Below are positions 1 through 9,600 of a stretch of DNA of 32,000 bases, in pieces. A model generated the notes under the pieces. The model did not search any database, was not told the origin of the DNA, and worked only from the letters and a program-made list of their open reading frames with translations. The stretch comes from Pirellula staleyi DSM 6068 (GTDB lineage Bacteria; Planctomycetota; Planctomycetia; Pirellulales; Pirellulaceae). Position 1 is the stretch's first letter; every line of letters begins with the position of its first letter. The stretch covers positions 3,030,001 to 3,062,000 of the forward strand of contig CP001848.1 of the NCBI GenBank assembly GCA_000025185.1. The letters are read 5' to 3'. Both the position numbers and the translations under genes were made by a program.

Positions 1-2370
1 GCGGGTCAACTTCTCGACAATCGGTTTGCCGTCGAGATCGGCTGGAAGGTTGCTAACCGTCGTCAGGTCGTACGATTTGCCACCCGTTTGCCGGGCCAAT
101 TCGTTTTGGATTTTCTCGTCCCGAACCGCGCGGCGACGTTCGGCCGAAAGAGGCGTCACTTCGAACCGCTGTTCGTCGAACTTGCCCGTCACTGGATCTT
201 TCACACGCAGGCTGTATTCGCCCGTGGCGAGGACCGGTATGCGAACTTCAAACACACCATCGCGGAGCATCGGCACGTTAATGGTGCGCGTTTCATCGCC
301 GCTTGGTGCAGGAATGGTAAGTTCCCCTTCCAGACCTCGCAGCGGAAGGGTTTCATCCGTCAGCGGCTCGTAGTTTTCGTCATACGCTTCGACGGTGAGG
401 GTCACCTTATCTTCGGCGCGATACTGCTGCTGATCGAGCCGCGCCACAAAACGTTTATCGCTCCCGAGCGCATGGCTCATGCCGAGCTGATAGATCAGCT
501 GCGACCAGAATTGACGGTAGTACTTCTCGCCGTAGCGTTTGCGGAGTCGCCACGTTTCGTTCATGCCGAGGTAGATCACTTCCCCTTTGCCATACTGACG
601 GGCGGCAATCAGAGGTTGGGGCGTTTTGCCATCGGCACATTTGTCGGTGGGATGTTCGGCTAGAGCGAACGCTTGTCCGTGCAAAGCCGAGACAGGCTGA
701 TACCAGGGAAGCTCGCCGAGGTTATCCCACGCCTTCAGATTTTCCGCTTCACTGGTGCCGAGTTGCATGAAGGGATAGCGGGCAGCGTGGGGCGTGATCT
801 GCGGACGAAACTCAGGATACTTCGGCGATGTTCGCAGTTCGGCCGAAGGATCGACGATCACTGGCAGCATGTCGGCCAGCGGGGTTTGGTGCAATTCGCG
901 CGGACCAAACCGGGGTCCTGCAATCACCACGAGGCCGCCACCGAGGTTGCCGACATATTCCTTGAGCATCTCGCAAAAACGATCGTTGATCGCAGCGCGG
1001 GGCATATCGTCGAGGAAGATCACGTCGCTGGCGAAAAAGTCACTCCGCTTCGGTGTGAGGGTCGGCAGAAAGAGCACATTAGCTTCGCGAACACGGGGAT
1101 CGGACGATCCGAGAAACGTCCGAAAACCTTGCATGCCGACCAGCTTGTCGCGGTGAAACACTTCCTTGATGAAACGCCATTCCCAGGTCGGTTCGTTGGC
1201 GACATACATCAGCCGCAGATAGTCGTCGATGATATTCACCTGACGTGTGGCACGATTGTTCTGATCGATCAGTTCCCCTTCGACCGGGTCGACTGTCGCC
1301 GTGAATTCAAAGCGGCCCGATTCGTCGGGCGTGAATGGTAGCTCGACCGTTTCAACTCCCGCAGTCAGTGTGACGGTTCGATCGCCGACCTTGATCGACT
1401 CGGCCATCTCGCTCGAAGCTTCACCACTCAGTTTGCGGGCCATCACCGAGACACTTACCGTTTGTCCGGTCAGTCCACTTTGACGGAGCTTTACCATCAC
1501 GGTGCTGCGTTCGGCCTTCTTCATTTTGGGATCGGTTTGCAGATCGACCGCGAGATCGACCGCTTCCGTTACCCCGAGTCCGACGGCATAGACCGGCACA
1601 CCGAGACGCGCGGCGAGCGATTGGTCGGCCGATCCAATGGGGGAAGGTCCCGAGTTGTTCGCAAAGTCGCTGAGGATCACCACACCTGCGAGACGACTCG
1701 AACCAAACTGCTGCGAAAGTTCGGTCATGACACTTCCGACCGCCGTCACTTTGCCGGTGGTCGAGAGCTGCGCGGCGAGAAACTCCGGATCGATTTCGCT
1801 TGTCCCTTGCGGATTGAGCGACAGTTTTTTGAGCTGGCTGGTGGTGTTGCCGTCGAACAGGAACGCTTCGATTTCGAAGTTCCCTTGCTTTTGAAGTTCG
1901 ACAAGCAAGTTGGCGTTTCGTTTTTTCAGCAGCGCCTGGATGTAGGCCATCCGGCTTTTCGGTTTTTCTTCCGGAGTGAGATTTTGGGCCTCGACAGCGG
2001 CATCGATCGTTTGGCGATCGGCGTCGGTCAGTTCATCTTCAATCGCCATGCTGTCGGTGCCATCGACAATCACATAGAGGAGCGGTTTTTGCTCGCTCGT
2101 GACGGTCAATTGCAGCACAGGATCGGCGAGGGTAATCAGCAGCACCGCTAGGAGCAGGCCGCGACAAGTGGCGAGCGCCACGCGCAGGGCGGGAGATCCG
2201 CGATGCTGATATTTCCAGTAAAAGACCTGCGCGGCGATCAGCAGCGCGACAGCGCCGAGGAAGACCCAAAACGGTCCATCCTGGGCCCAAGCTGCGGCTA
2301 GCGAAGGCTTGATTTCGTCGATAGCGACGGTGTTTTCGAGTCCGAGAAGCCAACCTAAGGTGCGTGTCAT
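1..2370 (-). CDS. VWA-like multi-domain membrane protein of Bat/aerotolerance-operon type; partial, C-terminus lies beyond the window start
   Basis: Absent from the ORF track because it has no in-window stop. Read on the minus strand from ATG 2370-2368, the frame stays open to position 1 (790 codons). Own translation: MTRTLGWLLGLENTVAIDEIKPS...FWVFLGAVALLIAAQVFYW...CRGLLLAVLLITLADPVL (two N-terminal TM helices) ...KPLLYVIVDGTDSMAIEDE (MIDAS-like DxTxS) ...AGVVILSDFANNSGPS. ATGA stop/start overlap with the upstream gene at 2367-2370. The + strand ORFs 88-663, 673-1341 and 1462-2151 share its codon boundaries and are antisense shadows. Confidence 0.8.
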   Translation of the reverse strand, partial: MTRTLGWLLGLENTVAIDEIKPSLAAAWAQDGPFWVFLGAVALLIAAQVFYWKYQHRGSPALRVALATCRGLLLAVLLITLADPVLQLTVTSEQKPLLYVIVDGTDSMAIEDELTDADRQTIDAAVEAQNLTPEEKPKSRMAYIQALLKKRNANLLVELQKQGNFEIEAFLFDGNTTSQLKKLSLNPQGTSEIDPEFLAAQLSTTGKVTAVGSVMTELSQQFGSSRLAGVVILSDFANNSGPSPIGSADQSLAARLGVPVYAVGLGVTEAVDLAVDLQTDPKMKKAERSTVMVKLRQSGLTGQTVSVSVMARKLSGEASSEMAESIKVGDRTVTLTAGVETVELPFTPDESGRFEFTATVDPVEGELIDQNNRATRQVNIIDDYLRLMYVANEPTWEWRFIKEVFHRDKLVGMQGFRTFLGSSDPRVREANVLFLPTLTPKRSDFFASDVIFLDDMPRAAINDRFCEMLKEYVGNLGGGLVVIAGPRFGPRELHQTPLADMLPVIVDPSAELRTSPKYPEFRPQITPHAARYPFMQLGTSEAENLKAWDNLGELPWYQPVSALHGQAFALAEHPTDKCADGKTPQPLIAARQYGKGEVIYLGMNETWRLRKRYGEKYYRQFWSQLIYQLGMSHALGSDKRFVARLDQQQYRAEDKVTLTVEAYDENYEPLTDETLPLRGLEGELTIPAPSGDETRTINVPMLRDGVFEVRIPVLATGEYSLRVKDPVTGKFDEQRFEVTPLSAERRRAVRDEKIQNELARQTGGKSYDLTTVSNLPADLDGKPIVEKLTR

Positions 2371-4997
2371 TGCGGCCTCGCCTGGGCGAGAGGAAAGGTC
2401 GTCACAGCCGCACTGGAGCGGTCACTTTGAATCGTCGGCCAAGCCAGCACTGACATCTCGACGAGCAGGAGGATCAAGACCAGCAGCACCAGATACCACC
2501 AGGAGTATTGGCCACGAATCGCGGTTCCTGCGAGGCTGATCTCGTCGCCGGCACCAACCCAGCGGAGCTTGCTCCCTGCGGTGAGTTCTTCGAACTTTGT
2601 TTGCGACATCGGAGCGAGTTCCGATTCTTCCGGATCACCGGCAATGGCAATCGGCAATCGCCAAACGACCGCTTGTGCGGCCTCGTCGCTGGCGGGATCA
2701 GCGGGGTCGCTCGTGCCGCTGGCAAGCGGCGTGGTGCGATAGGCGACCACTTCGTAGATGCCTCGGTCGAGGAGCGAGGCGAGCGTTACACCCCGCTGTT
2801 CGGTGCCGATGTAGCCCACATCGAGTGGCTCGGGAAGTCCGGCCTGTTTAGGGCGGAGCAGCTGCACCGAAAGATCGGCATCGTCACTTGGCAAAGGGAG
2901 GACCAGTTTGTCGATCGCGGGAAAATTGCGGCGTGGCAAGGTTGCTTCGGTCATGCTCCGGAGGATCCTGTCGAACACCAGCACAGCGTTAGTTTTGGGG
3001 AGTGTGTTCCACGACGACAAAACGCCAGTGGTGACGAGCATCACTTGCCCGCGACCCATCCGACGCTCGATGAGGAACGGCGATTGAGCGGGATCGTCGT
3101 AGCGAGCAATCACGCGCGGCACTTCGCGGTCGACCAGCTGCGCGATCTTGCGGGCGCGAGCTGCTGGATCAGCGGGGAGCAGATCCTCGTCGCTGGTTGT
3201 TTGCGAAGTGGCCCAGACGAGCCAGGTGGGACGGAGTTCTTTGAGTCGATCGGCGTCATCGTGCAGCTTTTGCTGCTCGATGGCCGAAAGTTCGCCACGT
3301 GCTTCGCGGGGGGCGAGTTCTTCGCGGCGCGTGTGAATCGTAGCGAGTTCTTCTAGCTCGGCGACCAGACGCGCCGCGAGCTGTTTTTTGAGTGTTTCGA
3401 GCGTTTCGCCTCGCGCGTCGGCGGAGATCGCTTTGAAGAAAAACGGCTCGCTATAGAGGTCGCGAAGGTCATCTTCGGCCACGCCAGCTAGCTGAAAGTA
3501 CGACTCGCCCGACAGGCTGTCGAAGGCGAGGTTGAAGGGTTGCAAATTGGCCCCCGCGACTTCGGGGACTTCGCCAATCGCTTCGCTGGCCAGTGGTACG
3601 GGGAGAATCCCTTGGCCATCGAGCCACGCATCTTCGTTCCAGCGAGCCGGGTTGAAATCGGCCCCAGCAGCGATGAGGAGCTGCCCCCCTTGGCGGACAT
3701 AGTCGCGAAGCAGCGGCGTCATTTCGCCGGGAGCTTCGATCCCTGCGATGACGACGAGCCGCGACTGCGCGAGGAGCTCTTGCGTGAGCTGAGCAGGGGT
3801 AATGTGCTCGACACGGACGAGTTGGCGAGGCTGCTCGCTGCGCGAAGTGCGTGGCGCGAGGAGTTGTCGCAGATGTCGCGTTTCGCCGAGGCGGCCCTTG
3901 ATCGGGTCTTCACTCTCAGCGCCGTACTGATCGATGAACAGCACGGGAAGAGCGGCGACCACTGGGGCAGCGAGCGAGCGCTCGTCGTCTTCTGGAAGTC
4001 GATCGGGAGTGAGGCTCGCCCGGAGCGCGACGAAGACAGGCTTTTGGGGTTCGGGAAGTTCCGAGAGGGTGCTGAAGACGTACTCGAAGTCGACTTCACG
4101 CTGACTTGCGCCAGCTTCGAGCGAAATCGTTTTCTCGCCGATCACCGTCTCGCCAAGCGCGAGTGTCACTTGAATGTTTTGGCGAGGTTCGGTCCCTGCA
4201 TGAGCCACCGTCACGACAATTGTGGTGGGGGTTTCGATATCGGCCAGACCATCTTGCAGCTTGATGTCGGCGATCCAGGTGTTGTCGCCAACTCCGGTTC
4301 CGACATCGACGATTTGCATCGGCGGCACATCGGCCAGCGAACCTTGCGAACCGAGATCGCGAAAGTTGCGCTGCTGAGCATCGCTGAAAAGGACGATTCG
4401 TTTGGCGAGTTCGGGAGCAGCTTCGCTCGCTTTTTTGGCTTCGTTGATGGCGCCGAGCAAACTTCCTTGCCGATCGACAATCGCGATTCGGCCAATCGCT
4501 TCGCTGGCGAGTTCGTGAGTGGCGTAGGGATCGGGGCTATACCCTTCGCGACTGCCGCAGAGAGGAATCACCGAGATCTGACTGCCGCTGGGAAGGAGTT
4601 CGACAAACTGACGAGCGCGATCTTGAGCTTTGGCCAGCAGTGTGCTGCCGATGGCGTCGCTCGATTGAAAGCCCATGCTCAAGCTGTTGTCGACCAGCAG
4701 GATGGCATGCAGCGGCTGACCACTGCTGAACTCCTCTTGCTGCGACGAGAAGAAGGGGCGTGCGAGTGCTAGTCCGAACAGCAGAACGGCGAGTGTTCGG
4801 AGCGCTAGGAGAATGAGGTCGCGAATCTGGAGCATCTTGCGATTGCGCTCGAGCGCTTCACGCAAAAAGTCCATCGCAGCCCACTGCACAACGCGGTATT
4901 GCCGCCGGTTGAGCAGGTGAATGATCACCGGCCCCAGCGCGAGCAAGGCTCCCGCAGCAGCAAATTGCCAGGCAGTGAGTGAGGGAAGAAAGTTCAT
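2367..4997 (-). CDS. BatA (aerotolerance regulator N-terminal) domain / VWA domain membrane protein
   Basis: 876-aa ORF. The N-terminus MNFLPSLTAWQFAAAGALLALGPVIIHLLNRR is the typical BatA N-terminal TM domain. A second TM is LILLALRTLAVLLFGLALA. VWA MIDAS motif LLVDNSLSMGF. The central LVVIAGIEAPG...GGQLLIAAGADF looks like a GATase1-like fold. C-terminal TM is WWYLVLLVLILLLVEMSVLAW. Confidence 0.85.
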   Translation of the reverse strand: MNFLPSLTAWQFAAAGALLALGPVIIHLLNRRQYRVVQWAAMDFLREALERNRKMLQIRDLILLALRTLAVLLFGLALARPFFSSQQEEFSSGQPLHAILLVDNSLSMGFQSSDAIGSTLLAKAQDRARQFVELLPSGSQISVIPLCGSREGYSPDPYATHELASEAIGRIAIVDRQGSLLGAINEAKKASEAAPELAKRIVLFSDAQQRNFRDLGSQGSLADVPPMQIVDVGTGVGDNTWIADIKLQDGLADIETPTTIVVTVAHAGTEPRQNIQVTLALGETVIGEKTISLEAGASQREVDFEYVFSTLSELPEPQKPVFVALRASLTPDRLPEDDERSLAAPVVAALPVLFIDQYGAESEDPIKGRLGETRHLRQLLAPRTSRSEQPRQLVRVEHITPAQLTQELLAQSRLVVIAGIEAPGEMTPLLRDYVRQGGQLLIAAGADFNPARWNEDAWLDGQGILPVPLASEAIGEVPEVAGANLQPFNLAFDSLSGESYFQLAGVAEDDLRDLYSEPFFFKAISADARGETLETLKKQLAARLVAELEELATIHTRREELAPREARGELSAIEQQKLHDDADRLKELRPTWLVWATSQTTSDEDLLPADPAARARKIAQLVDREVPRVIARYDDPAQSPFLIERRMGRGQVMLVTTGVLSSWNTLPKTNAVLVFDRILRSMTEATLPRRNFPAIDKLVLPLPSDDADLSVQLLRPKQAGLPEPLDVGYIGTEQRGVTLASLLDRGIYEVVAYRTTPLASGTSDPADPASDEAAQAVVWRLPIAIAGDPEESELAPMSQTKFEELTAGSKLRWVGAGDEISLAGTAIRGQYSWWYLVLLVLILLLVEMSVLAWPTIQSDRSSAAVTTFPLAQARPQ

Positions 4998-5108
4998 CGG
5001 GCCAGTTGCTTCACAAGTAGGTGAGGTCGTGTCGAAGAGACGCCGCAGCGTGGCGTGCCGAGCGTTCGTCTTGGAGGATCAGTTCTCGCTGCTTTAATAT
5101 TCGCCGCT

Positions 5109-6323
5109 TTAGTTTTCGCTGTATTTCTGACGGAAGCTTTCGATCTTTCCCTCTTGCAGGATGGGGAGATAGCGATTGGGAATCGCCAGGATGAAGCAGG
5201 CGACACTCGTGCCGTAGAGTTCTCCTTCTTTCCCGCCGACGCGGCCGCCGCCACGGGCTCCGTTGTCGCGCCAACAGCCGTGGATGTTCGGTTCCCCAAC
5301 TTTGTTGATTTGCGATTCGACCAGATAGTCGCGTAGCAGAGGATAGTTGGTTTGCCAGTACTCGCCGTTGACTTGATAGAGCGCTTGGCCGACGTAGTAG
5401 AGCGTGTAGGCATCGAACGGCATGTTGCCGTCGCGATTTTTGGACTTTGGAAGTTCGCGAATCGCTGCCTGGATCACTTCCATGTTTTTGGGGATGCGCC
5501 AGTCGTCGTACTGACCGAACTCTTGCAAGCAAACGACGCCACAAGCGGCCATGGCGATCGAAGGGCCACCACCACCTCGGCCGTAGGTGAACTGCCCCGG
5601 CATTTTTTGCTGTTCGGCTTCGGTAGCCCGACGATCGCCGCTGGGGCTGTAATGCTCGCGAACACTCGTGATGGCGAGGTTGATCACTTCGGGGGGAACT
5701 TCGAGACCACTATCAACCGCCGAGCGGAGCGCCTTGGCCTGCATCACCGCGAGGCTGAGGTCGTGACCAAACTGCTGGCGTTTGGCTTGATAGTCCCAGC
5801 CGCCATCTTCGCACTGCGTGCTGGCGATCAGTTTGAGGGCGTTATCGAGCACACGATTGAGCCGCCGGTCTTTGGTGGTGGTCATGCCGTGCGCTTGTCC
5901 GAGGACAAACGTCGCCAGACCATGGTTGTACATGTCGCGCTGCTGGTCGGAGATGTTCAGCAGCCCCGAGGGCTTGGCGTTATTGGTGACATACTCGATG
6001 GCCCGGTCGAGTTCGCGACCATACTTTCCCCGTCCTGGAGCATGACCGGCCGACATGAAAGCCAAGGCCCCCATGCTCACCAGACCGAGATCTTTCGAGC
6101 CCCAGTTCCCCTCGGGACCTTGATTGCGAGCAAGCCAATCGAGCCCTCTGTCGAGAGCCAGTTCGCTGGCAGGGGTGAGTTCGTTGTCGGGCGTGAGCAG
6201 CGGACCGGCGACCGCGCGAGTTGCGGCAGCGGGTGTCTTCGAGCCCTCTTGGGCGGCGAGCGGACCGACGACGAGCATCGGCAGCAGCGCGGCAAGAATC
6301 GAGTAGCGGAAAACGGAGGGCAT
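5109..6323 (-). CDS. secreted prenyltransferase / squalene-cyclase-repeat (alpha/alpha-toroid) protein
   Basis: 404-aa ORF with a signal peptide (MPSVFRYSILAALLPMLVVGPLAAQEG). It carries QW-type repeats typical of terpene cyclase/prenyltransferase-fold proteins (ARNQGPEGNWG, STQCEDGGWDYQ). Confidence 0.8.
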   Translation of the reverse strand: MPSVFRYSILAALLPMLVVGPLAAQEGSKTPAAATRAVAGPLLTPDNELTPASELALDRGLDWLARNQGPEGNWGSKDLGLVSMGALAFMSAGHAPGRGKYGRELDRAIEYVTNNAKPSGLLNISDQQRDMYNHGLATFVLGQAHGMTTTKDRRLNRVLDNALKLIASTQCEDGGWDYQAKRQQFGHDLSLAVMQAKALRSAVDSGLEVPPEVINLAITSVREHYSPSGDRRATEAEQQKMPGQFTYGRGGGGPSIAMAACGVVCLQEFGQYDDWRIPKNMEVIQAAIRELPKSKNRDGNMPFDAYTLYYVGQALYQVNGEYWQTNYPLLRDYLVESQINKVGEPNIHGCWRDNGARGGGRVGGKEGELYGTSVACFILAIPNRYLPILQEGKIESFRQKYSEN

Positions 6324-6682
6324 CGCTGCTTATGTCCAGTTGGCGGAAGGGCTAGGGACAGAAGGATCGGGATGGACTTTAGTCGACAGTGCGGAGGGGA
6401 CGTGGCACGTCGAAAAAGCCTGCTCCTATCGTGATTCGAATGTCGCGGTAGGTGAAGCAGTGAATCGTCGGCCGCTAGTGGAATTACGGTTCCTCGAGGT
6501 GATCAGGAACCGCCCCGAGCGGGCAGCAGGCAAGCGATCTACCACGTTATGGCCGCCCAACGAGTTCCGTTACACACGGATGCGCAGGACGCTGGGAAAA
6601 ACGGGCAAAAACGGCGGAAATCGTCGAGAAAAGCCGGGGATTGCGGACTTTAGCCCGTGAAACGCTTCTCCCCCCAGCGAAA

Positions 6683-9600
6683 CTACTCGACGGCGAGGGT
6701 TTTGAAATACCACGGGGACGCACCACCGCCCGTTTGCAGCAGCTCGAGGGTGATCCAGTCGGTGCTCGCTTGGGCAGGGGAGAGATCGGCAGTGAGGTTC
6801 ACCCAGCGATCGGGAAAAGCAGCGTCGGTGATGACGGTTTCCTGCAGCACGCGATCGCCGCAGCGGAGGGTGATTTTCCCTTCCCAGCCGTTGTCGCGAG
6901 CCGCTTCGAGCCGCAGTTTCTTCCCGCCAGTGAGCTTGGCGGCGGGCATGCTCCAGAGGATCGGATTGTTTGTATCCCCTCGCAGAGAAACCACTTGCGA
7001 CTTGCCGTGTGCTTCCGCCAGAAGTCCCGTTCGGTCCCCCGCTTGGGCCTCGAGCAGCTGAAACGGGCTTGCGAGCAGCGCGGTGGCCTCGCGAAGTTCG
7101 GGCGCTAGCCGCTGCTGCCAGGCGCGGGTCGAGGGATCGAGCACGACGACCGGCAGCGCAGGTCCGCTGGGGGTCAGCTCCACCAAATCGCGCGTGGTGT
7201 CGTGCTGCGACTTGCCGAACCAGAGCCAAATGCGGTCGCCTCGCAGCTGCATCAGTCCGATGCGTGGCTCGTCGTCGTCGAGCCCTTCGAGCTTCGCGCT
7301 TTGGGTCGGAAGTCCGGTGGCGGCATCGATCCAGATCAGGCGACTGGCGCGGGGCTTTTCGTTTTCCTTCAGAGGGTAGCGGGTCGCGATCAGCAGCGAC
7401 TTAGCGCCGAGCATGACCCGGGGATGCATGTGCGGCGCATCGTAGGTCCAGACGCTCCGACCTGTCGCCGGATCAAGCGCCGTGAGACCTGTCGACTCTT
7501 CAGCGATGAGCTGTCCGGCGGCGATGCCAGTGATGCCGACGAGCGATGGCAGCACGCGCGACCAGCGGAGCCGTCCCGTTTTGCGATCGACCGCCAGGAG
7601 TTCGCGAACCCCAGCCTGAGCGATGTAGGCGGTATCACCCACCACCAATGGCGGCTGAAAACGTTGCCGCACCCAGCTGCTATCTTCCTCCGGAGGCATG
7701 GTGGTTTGCTTACGCATCCAGCGGACTTGTCCCCGAGGATCGAAGGCGACCACGATGCCGCCGAGCGACGCAATCGCTTGATCGAGATCGGCAGCGACAT
7801 CGCACTGCTGACGTGCGAGCCAAATGCTTCGCAGTCGCACAATTTCGTGCGTCGATTGAATCTGTCCACTTGCCCAGTCGACCAGTTGCCAGGTGACCAC
7901 CGCTTCGTCTTGCTCCAGAGGCGAAAGTCCCATCACGCCGAGACGACCTTGCAGCAAGATCGGATCGGAAATGAAGCGTTGTCGATCGGGGCTCGCGGTA
8001 TTCCAAAGGAGTTTGCCCGACGATTTTTCGTAGCAGCAGAGTTGCGGCGAGTCGCCGTAGTGCATGCGTATGAAAATGCGGTCGCTGGTGACGACGGGAC
8101 GAAACGGAATGCCGGTCAGTTTCTGCGCTGCTTGCATCGAGCCGGGTGGAGCTTGCGATTGCCAGAGGCGAGTGCCGTTGTTGCTGAGGTCGTAGGCGGC
8201 GAGCTGAAAACGATTGCTGACGTAAAGGATGTTGCCATCGAGCACTTGCTCGATCTGCAAATCGACCCACGGAACTTTGTTTTGATTCGTGCGGCTCCCT
8301 TGTTCTTCGTTGGGGCGCTCGCCAGCAGGGCCATCGAGTCGGGCTTGCGTTTTGAGGGTATACGACGTGGGAGCGGGGACGTCGGTGACCGGCGCAGCCA
8401 CGGCGGTGAGACCACGATCGCCCCGCGCGATCATCTCGCGAATCATCGTTTCGTAGTTGCTGGCCGACATCGAAATGTCACCAAAACGGACGTCGGCGGT
8501 GACGGGGGCTTCAGCTTCGACACCGAGCATAGCGGCGGCGAGTCGAATGCGGGGAGCCAACTCGGCAGCGAGCGCTGGATTGCGCGCGCGGGCTTGCTCG
8601 TACTCGAGTCGCGCACGCTCGAACCAGCCACTGGCCAGCGCGCGATCGCCGAGCCACTGATGCGCTTCGGCAGCGGAATCGGTTCCTGAAAATTGAACAG
8701 CAGCGAGTTCGACCAGCGGCGCGTTGCCCGACAAGGTGGCCTGCGCTAATCGAAGCTTCGCGAGGGGAGCAAACTGGGTGGCCAAGGCTTCGCGAAGCGG
8801 GGGATGATCGGCCAGCATCAGATCGATGGCTACCGGCAAACTGGCGAGCAAACTGCGGTCGCCGAAATAGGGTGCTACACCGGGAGCCGATTCGGGATCG
8901 ATCGACGTGATCATCCGCGCGGCATCGTTCCACGCTTCGCTTTCGATCACCGACTGAATCTCGGTGAGGCGCGAGTAGGTATCTTTGCTCAGCTGTTCGA
9001 TGAGGGGATGACGCCAGCCATCTTTGAGTCGCGTGAGTCCTTCGCCACTCGCATCCACGCGCGAGCGGAGGGCAATGCTCTCGGCCCAGTCGAGCAGCGG
9101 CGCACGCTCGGCGGTGTGATAAAAGCGAAGCTGCTGGCTGAGCATCAGAATGTCGGCCGGATTTCCTTCGTAGACCGCGTGGCACAGCAGCGCCCGAAAC
9201 AGATCGCTCGGGTCGAACTCTTGCTGCTGCCAGGAATTGACCGAGTACGACAAACTTGCGCGACGAATTTCGCTAAACGACTGCACTCCGGTGCGGGAGA
9301 TTTCGCGCATCGCCAGATCGATGAATCGCTGCGGAACACTGCGCCGCATCGACTGATTGTTGCGAAAGTCGGACGTCATCAAAGCGGCATCGGAAAGCGC
9401 TGCGATTTGTTTTTCGAGCGGCAGCGTGGCGAGCAGCGGATCGTCGAGCAGGCCTTCGAGTACCGGAAATGAAACCTTGCTCGTTAAGCCTTGCGCCAGC
9501 GTAGCGACGGCAAACGTACGTCGCCACGCATCGAGCGGCACTTCGCGCGGCTGACTGGCAAGTAGCGCCGCTTGCCACTGCGCATACGTCGTCAGGTCTC

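Noticed and set aside
88-2151. + strand ORFs 88-663, 673-1341 and 1462-2151
   Set aside because: They lie antisense to, and in codon register with, the open minus-strand frame 1-2370. That frame has TM helices, a MIDAS-like motif and ATGA coupling to its neighbour. The + strand products are Arg/Gly-rich with no motifs.
6340-6660. 106-aa + strand ORF filling the 359-bp intergenic gap
   Set aside because: It has a non-ATG start, an Arg/Gly/Lys-rich low-complexity product and no motif. It occupies what is more plausibly a terminator/promoter region for the minus-strand genes.
3540-8689. Long + strand ORFs 3540-4772 (410 aa), 5352-6434 (360 aa) and 7202-8689 (495 aa), plus many 60-220-aa ORFs on both strands
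   Set aside because: They are shadow ORFs opposite or out of frame with the well-supported minus-strand genes, as is typical of high-GC DNA where stop codons are rare. All have biased Arg/Gly/Ala/Pro composition.
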